A stretch of DNA of 64,000 nt from Felis catus (taxonomy: Eukaryota), in NCBI RefSeq assembly GCF_018350175.1, contig NC_058368.1, forward strand, positions 27,034,001-27,098,000. The letters are read 5' to 3'. A model generated the notes under the pieces. The model was not told the origin of the DNA, searched no databases, and worked only from the letters and a program-made list of their open reading frames with translations. Positions within the stretch are counted from its first letter, which is position 1; the number at the start of each line of letters is the position of its first letter. Both the position numbers and the translations under genes were made by a program. This document shows positions 10,901 to 23,747 of the stretch, piece after piece.

Positions 10901-12855
10901 GTTGGTGAATGGCCTCAAGTTTTTGGTCGTGGAGGAGACAAAAAATTGTCTTGTGAAGAGGAGAAGATGGCAGAGTAAGTTGGTGGCTTTAGGAGACTGC
11001 CAAGGACGAGGGAGTGATCTGACCGGACGAAACTGATGGGCCTCAGCCCCGGTGCCCTTTGAAGGCGTTGGACCGAGTGTTGACATTGTGTTTTGCATTC
11101 CCAGATTCTTTTCGAAGAAACGCCTGTGGCTCTTCCACAGGTCCCAGACACATCATGGTGGTGAACTCCTGCCCTTCCGCTACGACTCCCCTGTGGACTA
11201 GCTGGGAATCTAGAATTACAAAACAAAAAAACCCTACATAGTTCACCTAGCCGGTGTGAGACAAGTTGCAGTTTCTCAGTTTCATACACAATCTGCTTCA
11301 GCAGCTACATTTCTAGATGTGCCTTGCAGATGATACTTGAAGCTAGCAGACTTTGAATAATGATGACCCTGGAAAAGTAGCAATAAGAAAGACTTGGAGC
11401 TGACAGAAAAGCTCACAGAAGCCAGGGAAGAAACACTGCTTGCAAAGTTGTCCTGTGCTTACACTCACTAGTTGGCCTCTCTCAAATCAAAGGAAGAATT
11501 AATTTTGCTAATTGGAAGGCTATTTCTAATAGATTCACACCTGATATGAGTTAGCATGTGAAGAGCAGTAACGGTAGAATAAAATGCATACGATTTGTGC
11601 CACTGAACTGCCAACTGTGTGTCATTAAGTAAGGAAATATGGGTAGCATTGTCGCCATCCTCAATTTATGTTTATTGAACGCCACGAAGTTCGAGGTCAG
11701 GCTTATAAATAGTCACTTGGTCAGGTTGAGTACACTAATAATTTATGCTGAGCAAGTAGAAGAGGCTACTAATTTTGTTTTCTTTACCATCTGTGTACCT
11801 CCTGGGCAGATCTTTTTTTTTTTTTTTTAATCTGCTTGTTTTCTTTTTTAACTTATTTATAAGCAAGGCTGGCTGTTCTGCGAAAAAGAGTGTTCCAGAT
11901 ATAAAATCCTGAGAATCCCCTTCTTTGTCCCAAAGACTTTAGATTCTAAAGAGAGAGAAGAAGGTGGATTGGTAGACAGCTCTGCCAGATCCCATGTTCT
12001 TCTTTTCCTAGCTTAAGTCTGCTTGGCTGAGAATTGCTGAGGGAAGGCAGCATGGAGGTTCCAGCCTGGGTTTTTTTTTGTTTAAGCTACAGGCTGTGTC
12101 TTTTTTTGTGGTAATGAAGCAGTGCCTAAAATGTTATCAGGGAGGAATCCAACCCGTTTTCTTCTTGGTCTTCTCATCCGGAGCCAGCAACAGACACACA
12201 AACAGGTGGGGTGGGAGCTGGAAGAGAAGCCTTGAGCAAAGCAGAGAGAGCGGAGAATTGCAAAAAGTGGAAGCAAAACAAGTGCATTGTGGTAATGGAT
12301 CCTGTGAGTGCCGAGTGTGTGTGTATATGCAGACAGGTGTGTATTCATATTTATATTAATATGTCCATGTAAATTTTTGGTGCAGAAAATACATTTTACC
12401 TACATAGGTTGATTTATGGATACAAAAAGTGAATGCAAAAAAAATGAATATTGCAGCGCATAGCCCTAAAGCAGTCCATCTGAATGGTAATGAAAATCTG
12501 GCTCTATTGAGGGGCTGATTTTGCCGTTTTCTCTTAAATGCAATTGGGCTCATTTTCATGCCATTTTTTTTATGGTATCAGAGGTACCAAATAAGTGTCA
12601 GCTTGTCAGAGATGGGATCAATGCTTAACAATTAAGTGTGCATTCCTTTCTACCTATGTACGTTAAATGTCTAACACAGTCTTCCAGTTTTATTTTCATT
12701 TTGTCATTCTCCTTTGCTACATCTTCTTCCTCCTCAGTTCGTCTTCTAACACTTGTGTTCTGCAGAGCCCTGAACTTGTTCTCACTCTTCACCGTTGTCT
12801 GGCCCACTTCTATTCATCTTCATGCTTTCCTGGCCTATTCTTTAATTTTGACTCT

Positions 12856-13220
12856 TGTGGCGGATCCTGATAGCTGCCCACCAAAATCCATTCTACCTTT
12901 ATCCTCGACACACAGCTCTAGTGTGTCTCCCGGCCTTGCTCGTAGGTGGGTGGCCATGTGAGTAAGATCTCTCCAGGGGAATGTGAGTAGACGTGATGCA
13001 TGCCCTTTTTAGACTTGGGCCATAAAAAGCCCTACAGGCGCTCCTCTCTGAACCTCCCTCCTCTGGCTAAGTGGGATGGATGCTGCTGTTGGACAGGCTC
13101 GTGGAATGACTGTCTTCCCACCCCCCATCTGAGTTCCTTGTATCACGATGGGAGAAACTTCTTACTAAATCCGTGGATTTTGGGTGGTCTGCTAACAACA
13201 TCTAGTCTGCCCTAAGACAA
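12856..13220 (+). mobile_element. MLT1-family (ERVL-MaLR) solo LTR relic
   Basis: Starts TGTGG; contains GGTGGGTGGCCATGTGA..GGAATGTGAGTAGACGTGA and GAGAAACTTCTT..GGATTTTGGGT, resembling old MLT1 LTRs. Confidence 0.65.
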
Positions 13221-13307
13221 CTCCCGAACCTATATATCTTTACATATAGCCTAGGTCATTTTCGTAATCTAGATCCAAACATCTGACTGTTTACTGGACA
13301 TATCTTA

Positions 13308-13521
13308 ATTTTTTTTTCAACGTTTATTTATTTTTTGGGACAGAGAGAGACAGAGCATGAACGGGGGAGGGGCAGAGAGAGAGGGAGACACAGAATCGGA
13401 AACAGGCTCCAGGTTCCGGGCCATCAGCCCAGAGCCTGACGCGGGGCTCGAACCCACGGACCGCGAGATCGTGACCTGGCTGAAGTCGGACGCTTAACCG
13501 ACTGCGCCACCCAGGCGCCCC
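13308..13521 (-). mobile_element. Young Felis-type Can-SINE (SINEC_Fc-like)
   Basis: CpG-intact body; perfect 20 bp TSD TGTTTACTGGACATATCTTA at 13288-13307 and 13522-13541. Confidence 0.97.
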
Positions 13522-13706
13522 TGTTTACTGGACATATCTTACACTCAGCTTGTCTAAAGCCTGGCCACTACCTCCCTCTCTCTGACCCCATTCCTTTTCC
13601 AATGTCCCTTCCTCTGTAAAGAGCAGGCCTAGCCAACCAGATACCCAAGTGACATACTTGGGAGCCATTTTTGACTGCTCTTACTGCTACATCCCTCAGT
13701 TAGTCT

Positions 13707-13919
13707 AGGGGTCGGCAAACTTCAGTCAGGCAAAATTTGTCCTGTTTGCCTGTTTTTTATAAATAAATTTTTGTTGGCATGAAGTCACGCTCATTTACCT
13801 ACATATGTCCCCTTTCTCACCAAAACACCAGGGTTGAGTAGTTGTGGTAGAAACCGTATGGCCAGCAAAGGCTAAGGTTTGTTGATCTGGCCCTTTACAG
13901 AAAACTTTGCCAACCATCG
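13707..13919. mobile_element. MER58A-like hAT-Charlie non-autonomous DNA transposon
   Basis: Terminal inverted repeats GGGGTCGGCAAACT ... TTTGCCAACC; internal GAGTAGTTG..ACCGTATGGCC..TCTGGCCCTTTACAGAAAA; GTCTAG on both flanks. Confidence 0.85.
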
Positions 13920-14650
13920 TCTAGTCAGTTGGCAAAGTCTATTAATTCTGTCTTAATGTTCTTTTGAACCCATCTACTTCTTTCCATTTTCACTATCATT
14001 TCTATCCTCATGTGACCTACCAAAATGGCATCCAAAGCGTGTCTATGTATGGATATAGTCTTGCATTTTTATAATCCATTCTCCATATGACAGCCAGAGT
14101 CGTCTTTCTATAAGGACAATGTTGAAGATCCTTATTATTACTCTTAGCCTACTGTACTAATACAGCCCCCAAATCTGTGTGCCTTTACCTATAACCCAAG
14201 CCTCTTTCCTTAACCTCAGACCAAATATCACCACCTTGGTTAAAATCCTTCAGTGGCTTCCCATTGCTCTTACAGTAAGTAAGCTGAGGCCCAGGCTTGC
14301 CCCCTCACTTAAACCCCAGCCATTCTTATCTTCTGAAAAGTGTTTTGCTTGCATTGTGTTCTTCCTTGCCTGTGGTACTTCTCTTTGCCAAATTCCCCTT
14401 TGACCTGGTTAAGTCTTATTTACCCACCCAGGCTGAAACTTAAAAGATACTTTGTCTAGGAGACCCTTCCTGATCTCCAGACTGGGTTTGATCGCCTTCT
14501 TATGTGCTCTCATAACACCTTTTGTTTCCTCTGTATTATAGTCACTATACTTTATTCACCTTATTATTTATCTCTCTTCTTCCCACTGACGGTAAATTCT
14601 GCAAGAGGAGGGGCTGTGTCTGCATCAAGTCTTGCTGAATAACCAACATC
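13920..14650 (+). mobile_element. L2 LINE relic (continues sequence around 13260-13700)
   Basis: AATCCATTCTCCA..CAGCCAGAGTCGTCTTTCTA, AAAATCCTTCAGTGGCTTCCCATTGC and CCTTCCTGATC motifs typical of the L2 3' region. Confidence 0.6.
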
Positions 14651-14852
14651 CATCAAACTTGGAATATGTCACGTTTTCTGACCTTTCCTCTCTCCAACTT
14701 ACAATCAGAATGCCTTTTTTAGAAAAAAATTCTAATTGAATTAGTTAAGTTCAAAGAAAATCCGTGATTAAGGGAGTAAGTTATGAGATATATAGGCTTG
14801 GTAGGTGTAAGGTGGGAGAGATTAATTCTATAGAATATAGGAGCAGAGGAGC

Positions 14853-14854
<2 letters not shown>

Positions 14855-14903
<49 letters not shown>

Positions 14904-14927
14904 CACGCACACACACACGCACACACA
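14855..14927. repeat. (CA)n microsatellite with CG interruptions
   Basis: Direct inspection. Confidence 0.97.
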
Positions 14928-15838
14928 GCCACACTGAAAACATTCATTAAGTGCCAGAACATCCTAGAAACCTAATACTACAAACAGGCATGATTCACCC
15001 CCCAGTGTAAGTGTGACAGTATCAACTATCTTCAGTCATAAAGACAGAGGAAAAAAAGAACATTTCTTTTTGCCCTAGTTAAAGAGAGCCTTTGAGCAAG
15101 CTGTCATTCATTCATTGTTCCATTCAGTCTTTCATTTGTTTAACAAATTTTTGTTTAGCCTGATACCAGATGCATTGGATACAAATATTCAGGGGAGAAA
15201 GGGAGCTATTACATTAGTGGGAAGGCAGACACTTAAAATATAATTACAGGACAATATGGTAAGCACTATAATTTAGCAATTTGTACAAAGGAGCATGAGA
15301 GCACAGAGGAGGAAGCAAATTCTGTTTTTACCTGTTTACGGCAATATGAAAATGGAAATGTAGGTTCACTTTTTGTGTGTGAGGAGTGAAGGGAGTGAGT
15401 AAAGCTCACCTCCCTTGTGTAGTTTTGCTTGAGTAGTTTCTCATTGCTGCCTTTCCCCCTTTTCTTTGGCGCTGGGATGGAGATAGTATGCTGTTTTCCA
15501 CATACATTTGCTTGGCATTCGAATAATTCATTCATTGCTGCAGGATTAGCAGTAGCGTTTATTTGACACATTCAGCTGAGTCCTAGAAGAGAAGACAGAT
15601 ATTGTTCCCATGATGTCACCACCCCTCCCCAGGCTCCCCAAGGAGGAGACACAGTTGGGAAACTCATTTCCTGGGCGTTGACCGCTGGAAATAGGCAAAT
15701 GGGGACGGATCATACTTGAATGAGAATGACACCATGTGAGGTGAGGCTTGAGTCTACATGGGTAACTTTAGCAGACGACTCACTTGGCTACGAACAAACC
15801 CTGTCTTTGTGGGCAAGTGTTCACTAGGTTCAACTTTA

Positions 15839-16052
15839 AAAATTTTTTTTTCAATGTTTATTTATTTTGGGACAGAGAGAGACAGAGCATGAACGGGGAG
15901 GGGCAGAGAGAGAGGGAGACACAGAATCGGAAACAGGCTCCAGGCTCCGAGCCATCAGCCCAGAGCCTGACGCGGGGCTCGAACTCCCGGAGCGCGAGAT
16001 CTTGACCTGGCTGAAGTCAGACGCTTAACCGACTGCGCCACCCAGGCGCCCC
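15839..16052 (-). mobile_element. Young Felis-type Can-SINE
   Basis: CpG-rich body; perfect TSD TAGGTTCAACTTTA at 15825-15838 and 16053-16066. Confidence 0.97.
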
Positions 16053-16324
16053 TAGGTTCAACTTTAGACTCTTCTTTTGCCTCATTAAGCCAGATAACAG
16101 AGAAATGAACTGACAGTGTGGTTGGAGAAATCTCGTGTTTTCCTCGGATTTCTTTTTTTTAATTCTTGTCAGAGTCTCGTTGCTGTTGTTGTTGAGGAAC
16201 TCTTGTTTTTTTTTTTTTCTGCTCACTCTTTTCCTTCATCCTCCAAAATTTCTCAGAAACAGTCTACTCGTGATTAAAAATCTCCCTTGCCACTGATATA
16301 CTACTAGTAATTGATAGCACGTAT

Positions 16325-16745
16325 TCACATCCCATCTCTGCTACTTATTAATTGGGGAGACTTGGATGATTTACTTAACTAAGCTTGCTAAGCCTCAATT
16401 TCTCCATCTTAAAAATGAGAATATTTTTGTAACGTTTCTATTTCTTTTTGAGAGACAGGGCACGAGTAGGGGAGGGGCAGAGAAAGAGGGACACACAGAA
16501 TCCAAAGCAGGCTCCAGGCTCTGAGCTGTCAGCATAGACAGCATAGACTGTCATGGGGTTCGAACTCACTAACCGCAAGATCATGACTTGAGCCGAAGTC
16601 AGACGCTTAACTGACTCAGCCACCCAGGCACCCCCCAAAATGAGAATATTAATACTACCGTCTAACTTAAATGATTGTAATGAGGATTAAATGAGATAAT
16701 ACAAATACATTCCTGGTGTATCCTAAGAGCTCCTTAAAGGTTTGT
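16325..16745 (+). mobile_element. MIR SINE relic split by a Can-SINE
   Basis: MIR core AGCCTCAATTTCTCCATCTTAAAAATGAGAAT, continuing after the SINE as GATTGTAATGAGGATTAAATGAGATAAT. Confidence 0.7.
16426..16636 (-). mobile_element. Can-SINE (felid type)
   Basis: TSD AAAATGAGAATATT at 16412-16425 and 16637-16650; small internal duplication CAGCATAGA x2. Confidence 0.95.
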
Positions 16746-18748
16746 CATTAGGTCCGAAAAGGTAAGCCTTGCCCGTTGTGTCTTCTCTGGTTAGGGTGTC
16801 AGACACTTTTCCTTTGTCATTCAGACCATCTGAAAGATTACCCTAAGGTCTCATACATGACTTTTGATTCCTTGGTTGGTGTATGTTGGCTGAGACTTCA
16901 CTTATTTTGGGAGATTTCTCAGTGTTAAAAAACATGTGATGGTTTTTTTCCCCGGCATCTTCTAAAAGGCTGCAGCAGGTTTCTTCAATTCTGGAGGAGG
17001 GCTAATGGGACAAGTAATGGGCATGCTCTCTTTCCCTGGAATGCCCAGGAGGCAAGGCTAGCTGGGCTCAAAGTGGACCTAAGAGTCCTCTAGAAGTTCA
17101 CAAGGATGAAAAACAGCAGAAGGATATGGATGTCCATAATGCATTAACCCTTATTCCACCACCGGCACCTCAAAGAAAAAACCATGTGTCACCATTGAAC
17201 AGTCCTCTTCTCAGATTTCCTTTTGAATTAATACCTTATGTAGTTCAGGTCTGAATTGCTAAGTACACTGACTCATTTCTTCATTATGTAAGCCATTTAC
17301 AGGTCACTGCTCAGATGTTGGAATACCTGTTTTAGGCTAACGGCAAGGTGCTTAAATGACTCTCAGCTGTGCCCTTACACTTGCATTCACCTGGGCTCCC
17401 CAGAGAACTACCATACTGGGCTCCTCACCATTAGCTGTGAGTCCCGCACAGAGGCCTCATTAGCATCAAAAAGCTCCTCCTCTCTGCCTTCCGGGCAGCG
17501 ACCTACCCAGGGGAATGGCAAGGAAACTATGCAAGAAGCAGATTGCGGTTACTGGGAAGTGAAACTTTTTGAAGAAAATGCAGATCAACTAGATCTGGAT
17601 GTCGGGAAGTATGAAGAGACCCAGTGTGGGAAAGGGTCATCCAAGTGAGTTTGAAAGCAGAATCTGGGCACCAAGCTGAGTTTAAAGCAAACACCGTAGA
17701 GAATGACCTTGGGGATCCTGGGAAATTGGGGAAGAGCAGCATGATGTACACAATGAGGCCAAAAAGAAAGTAAGTGCTTAAGGAACAGTAATTTCAAAGA
17801 CTGTCAGCTCTAAAGAGACATTCTAAATGTGATTTCTTTGAAAACCATTCCAAAGCTCAAATATTTATATTGATACTATTTAGTTACGATCATGAAATGC
17901 TTTGATCTGGCTGATACCATATATGTGTTCCCATTTTGTAATTATCTAGGGAAAATACTCTTCCAAAGTTCGTAGACAAAGCTGGTTACTGTGATTGGCT
18001 GAAGTTGTTGTGCATAATAAAGCATTGGTTTAATTAAGTTCTTAATCCTTCCTACTCTCCAAAGAGGTCATACCATTCAGTGTGGTAAATGTAAACATGG
18101 GAATTCAATTGTTTCTGAAGATTACCTGCTGTCTGCAGGGTGAAGGTTCTCAAAGGAGTTCCTGGCCTTCAAAAACAAAGATATTATTATTCCCCAGTCA
18201 CTGGTATGGATTAGTGCTATCCTGGGATTGATGATCCCATCTTCAAAGGACTCTACCCTTCATGGCCAATCAGAGGGTCATCAGAACCTGCTACATTTTA
18301 AATGTCTGTGTTAGGAGATATCCAAAGACATCAGACTTTTGCTTATTTTCTTACTTAATGTAGATATGCTCTTTCTTCTCTTTGATAATTCAACTCTGGT
18401 GTGCTGTTGAGTATAGCTGGGTGAAATCTTTCCTGACCACTTGGGTTCCTCAGTAACTCAGACACTGTGTCCACCATACATTCATGAACTTGACATTTAC
18501 TGACATATTTTGTTCCTTGCCAGTCATTACAATAATGTTCAAATAATTTAAGGGGGAGGCAATAAGACAGGTATATAAACTGCTAAAATGCAAAATAGAA
18601 AAAGGTACAGGAGCTTAGGTAAGGGAGATGTTATTTCTGGTTAGGACATCAGAACAATCTCATGGAATAGGCTGTATTTAAGGTGGAACTTGAAAAAGAT
18701 GGGTTTTGAAATGTGAGCTGCTTCTTGCACAGACACACAGACTTGTAC

Positions 18749-19922
18749 CTTTTTTTTTTTTATTGAAGTACAGTTGACGTGCAATGGTATATTGGTTTCA
18801 GGTGTATGACACAGTGGTTCAAAAATTCTATATGTTATTCATTGCTCAACGTGATAAGTATAGTCACCTTCTGTCACTATTCAACCTTATTACAGTATTA
18901 TTGACTATATTACCTATGTTGTACTTTTGATCCCCGTGACTTATTTATCTTGTAACTGGAAGTTTGTACCTCTTATGCCTCCTTACCTCTTTTGCCCATT
19001 CTCCTAACCTCTTTCCTTCTGGGAACCACCAATTTGTTCTTTGTATTTATGGGTCTGTTTCTGTTTTCTGTTTATTTTTTTAGATTTCATATGTAAGCGA
19101 AATCATATAGTATTTGTCTTTCTCTCTTTGACTTAATGTAGAATAATATGCACTATGTCCATCCACATTGTCACATAATGCAAGATTTCATTCTTTACTA
19201 TGGTTAATATTCCATTGTATGTATATAACACATCTTCTTTATCCATTCATCTATCAGTGGCCCCTTAGGTTGCTTCTATACCTCAGCTACTGTAAACAAT
19301 GCTGCAGTAAACACAGGGGTGCATATATCTTTTCAAATTAGTGTGTTTCTTCTCTTTGGGTAAATACTCTGAAGTGGAATTTCTGGATCATATAGTAGTT
19401 CTATTTTTATTTTTTTTGGGGGGGGAGGTCTACACTGTTCTCTATAATACCAGTTTACATCTCACCAATAGTGCACAGGAGGGTTCCTTTTCTCCATATC
19501 CTCACTAACACTTATTTCTTTTTGATACAAGCCATTCTTACTGGTGTGGGATTGTGTCTTATTGTGGTTTCAACTTGCATTGCCCTGATGATTAGTGATG
19601 TTGAGCATCTTCTCAAGACATACAGTTGGCCATCTGTATGTCTTATTTGGAAAAATGTCCATTCAGGTCCTTTGCCTATTTTTTAATTGGATTATTTGTT
19701 TTTGTGTTGAGTTGTATGAGGTCTTTATATCTTCGGAATATCAACCCTTTATTGGATTTATCATTTGAAAATATCTTCTACCATTCAGTAGGTTGTCTTT
19801 TTGTTTTGTTGATGGTTTCCTTCACTTTTTAGTTTGATGTAGTCCCAATGGTTTATTTTCATTTTTGTCTCCCTGAGAAGATATATCCCAAAAAATGTTG
19901 CTAAGGTTGATGTCCAAGAGAT
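18749..19922 (-). mobile_element. 5'-truncated LINE-1 (L1MA/carnivore type; ORF2 C-terminus and 3' UTR)
   Basis: Poly(T) at 18749-18761, L1 3' UTR, and ORF2 blocks parallel to the 2012-5244 element (GATGTTGAGCATCTT, CCATTCAGTAGGTTG). Confidence 0.92.
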
Positions 19923-20248
19923 ATGTACGTCTTCATTAGCTTTGAGTGTAGTTTCTGTGGAGACAGAATAGGAGTTCTCTTCTCCTGTTGTCCCTCCTGA
20001 CACGTGGTTCAGTGCTTGACACAGACTAGGTGCGGAACCCATATTTGTCACCAGAGACAATGAGATAAGCATCACTTCTAGAAGGAGAATTGAGGTGATG
20101 TAATTAAAACAGTCTACCACATCATAGAACAAAAGCATATGTTTGCCCAGTAGCCCTGGAATGTTTTTCAAGAGGGCATGTTTCCTTTTACCTCTTTGTG
20201 GGCTTCTTAGACCCAATTACTTTGATGCTGTATTAAAAAAGTAAAGGA

Positions 20249-20469
20249 GGGGCGCCTGGGTGGCTCAGTCGGGTGAGCGTCCGACTTTGGCTCTGGTCAT
20301 GATCTCACGGTCTGTGAGTTCGAGCCCCGCGTCGGGCTCTGTGATGACAGCTCAGAGCCTGGAGCCTGCTTCGGATTCTGTGTCTCCCTCTCTCTCTGCC
20401 TCTCCCCCGCTCATGCTCTGTCTCTCTCTCTCTCTCTCTCTCTGTCAAAAATAAATAAACATTAAAAAA
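20249..20469 (+). mobile_element. Can-SINE (felid type)
   Basis: Complete element; TSD AAAAAAGTAAAGGA at 20235-20248 and 20470-20483. Confidence 0.97.
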
Positions 20470-22610
20470 AAAAAAGTAAAGGAGTGAATGAAGTTCTCAA
20501 GGGTAGAGTCTGTTTGCTTTTACAAAATCATGTTTGGAGATGGATCTGTGGCTACTTCATCCTTAAATAAAGAGAAACCATCCCAGAAACCCAACTGAAG
20601 TTGGTTATTTTAAGGTCTTACTGTCTTTTTGCCTGATTCTGTTGTCTTTGACACACCTGCTATATATCTAATTAAGAAAGGTTATGCCTGATTCATAAAT
20701 AGCCACCAGATTAGTATAGTGAGCTCTGGAGAGATCCGGGAGTCGGGGACACCAGGTCTTATGTTTCCACCAACAGCTGAAACCCAACTGAGCAGAACCC
20801 AACATTACAAAAACAATTGTAAAAATCAAAAGCTTAGCACTGGGAAGAGTTGAAACAAGATTTGCGAGTTTCTAAGGAAGAAAAACATTGCCGCATCTTC
20901 CTACCCTGCACGCCTACTGGCAGTGACTGTTCAGTCTCTCCAGATACCTTCTGCAACTGCGGAGGCACAATTTTTCTGAGAGCTTCTCTTCCCTAGTCCC
21001 ATCTTTTCTTGCCACAGGTTATCAAAAGGCCATAGAGCTTGTCTTGGGGGCAGGGCATGGAATCTGAAAATTCTTGCTTTCTTGCAGGCCTCCCCTACCC
21101 TCGCTTTGCTAGACAATTGCAGGAGCCTCAGAGGAATACACAGGCAGCCATTGGAGGAGTTTCTCTGCAGTTATCTGCCATTGACCTTAGCCTAATTTGT
21201 CATGTTTTGGTCGATAATTCCAAAGATGAAGGATGAGGTACCTATTAGATTTGATGTGCCACATTCTTCCTCTGAAGCTAGGTTTGTTTCACCAGCTAAT
21301 GACTTTATTCAATTATATTAAAAACCCAAGGTTTATTTTATAAGCGTGACAACGAGTCATTATATGAGTAGCATTCCACAGGCCCTAAGCAAAACACATA
21401 AAATGTCATTTCAAGTGCCAAGTTTCTTTTCTAATTCCTTTTTTTTTTCTTACAGATTTTTGAAAGCGGCTTAAATCTAATTGGCTCCCCCAGGATCTCA
21501 GCTCCCGTTACATTGGTGCATTCCTGTTTTTGAGAGGCATCTGGAGAGACTGAACGGCCACTGCTAGTTGGCATACAGGGTAGGAGGATGTGGCAACTTT
21601 TTTTTTTCCTGTGTCCTTGGAAACTTTCAAATCTTGGTTCAGTTCTTCTTGAGCGTGAATGTTTGGTTTTTGCGATTGTTTTGCTGGGTTCTGTTTTCCT
21701 GTTGTTGAATTTCATATGAGTGAGGTGGCAGCCACAACTGCTGCCACCCCATGGTGGCCAGCCTATGTCTTCTGTGAAGGAAACCTCAAGAGAAAAGAAA
21801 AACAAAACCCATAATAGTAGTAGGGTATGGATTTGTATAAATAATACTTACCAAACAGTGCTAATAAATCAGCCTTATGTGCGTCTGTTCTACTCAAGGT
21901 AAACACCTATTTACACAGCAGAGCTGAGTTGCTTTTAGAGGCCCACAGTCAGATGTCCCTGTAGTCGATGCAGCTGTTAAAAGAATGCCTGAATCTTTCC
22001 CTTAATCACGGTGACGTCCTATGTTTGAAACCCCACGCAGTGAAGCCAATGAAAGAGGAGATTCTACCCATCAGATAGTAGGGAAAGAGAAGGGAGAAGA
22101 GGGTAACTAGGGTTTTTTTTCCTTGTTTCAAAGGGTTTCTCTTAGCCAGATACTTAAAGATTTGAGATTAAAAAAAAAACAACAGGAAAATATATGTGGT
22201 ATCTGTTTTTAAGTATGTTATTAAAGTATGTATGTATGTAAGGTATGTATGGAAAGACTCTGGTTTTAGAGCTTCAGTCTTCCATTGTAGAGGGGAAAGC
22301 TGGGATTAAAGAAATTGAACATGTAAGAGACTATTGGCCTGATTTGGGCAAACCCATATTGAAGACATTCAGAAGCCAGAAATAAAAAGTGTGTTAAAGG
22401 CTGTGGTTAGGCTGCCTTTTGTTGCTGGATTAGAAATAGTAAATGGAGAAATAGCAAGAAATGTGTTCCTCTTTTGGAAGACAAGTGATTTAAAATTTTT
22501 GTACTAGCAGAGTCTTATCTTGTAATATTTGATATCTCCTTCTCCTAAACATAGGCCAGGAGAGTGACCAGAATGGGCTCAAAGTTTGTTTTGATTAAGT
22601 GCCTCTTGGT

Positions 22611-22655
<45 letters not shown>
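22611..22655. repeat. (TG)n microsatellite
   Basis: Direct inspection; one CG interruption. Confidence 0.95.
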
Positions 22656-22657
<2 letters not shown>

Positions 22658-23247
22658 ATGTGTATGGCCCAAGTGGGAATATCTGTTTAATTGAAATCTG
22701 ATTGTCCTGTTATTGGTTAGGCAGGACCTGCCCAAGCATAGAAAAACCTAATTTCAGGCTTAGCAGGCAATGAAGTTAATAATAAAACATGTCTATTGAA
22801 TTAAAAACAGTACCATTCTTGTTAATTCATTTAAAAATATTACTCAAGATTTTCCTCCCAAGATAAACATTTATGTATCTGCCAAATGGGACAAGAGCCA
22901 GCCAGTCTCCTTTTTGGTAAATGTACTCCTTTTGTTGTCCTAAGGGAGACAGCCCAGGCCTAGGGCACAAGGAGCCCAGTTTTAATTTTGTGCCCCTCTG
23001 GAGTTGTACCACCAGGGACAATGACTTTGTCATATTGGCCCTAAGCTTTTCTTATGTATAAAATAAGAGGGTTGGATGAGGTGACTTCTAAAGTCCTTAA
23101 TACATATAATGTTCTGTGAAACAGAGTAAACGGTGGAAAGAAACACATGGAAATGGTAAGGAAAAGCTAAGTGAGGTAGCTCAATGCCTGAGGAAGGATT
23201 TTTCTGAGCAGAGAAGGGAGAGAGTCCAGGCAAGGCTGAGCAAATGA

Positions 23248-23288
23248 CCTCCTCCTCCTCCTCTTCCTCTTCCTCCTCCTCTTCCTCC

Positions 23289-23323
<35 letters not shown>

Positions 23324-23360
23324 CTCCTCCTCCTCCTCCTCCTCCTCTTCCTCCTCCTCC

Positions 23361-23395
<35 letters not shown>

Positions 23396-23423
23396 CTCTT
23401 CTTCCTCCTCCTCCTCCTCCTCC

Positions 23424-23458
<35 letters not shown>

Positions 23459-23505
23459 CTCCTCCTCTTCCTCCTCCTCCTCCTCCTCTTCCTCCTCCTC
23501 CTCCT

Positions 23506-23566
<61 letters not shown>

Positions 23567-23594
23567 CTCCTCCTCCTCCTCCTCCTCCTCCTCC

Positions 23595-23629
<35 letters not shown>

Positions 23630-23691
23630 CTCCTCCTTCTTCTTCTTCTTCTTCTTCTTCTTCTTCTTCTTCTTCTTCTTCTTCTTCTTCT

Positions 23692-23746
<55 letters not shown>
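23248..23746. repeat. Compound (CCT/CTT)n-(CTT)n-(CT)n polypyrimidine tract, ~500 nt
   Basis: No purine seen on the + strand from 23248 to 23746. Confidence 0.98.

Positions 23747-23747
<1 letters not shown>

Noticed and set aside
21724..21760. Inverted repeat GGTGGCAG...CTGCCACC as a miRNA or structured RNA
   Set aside because: The stem is only about 8 bp, far shorter than a pre-miRNA hairpin.
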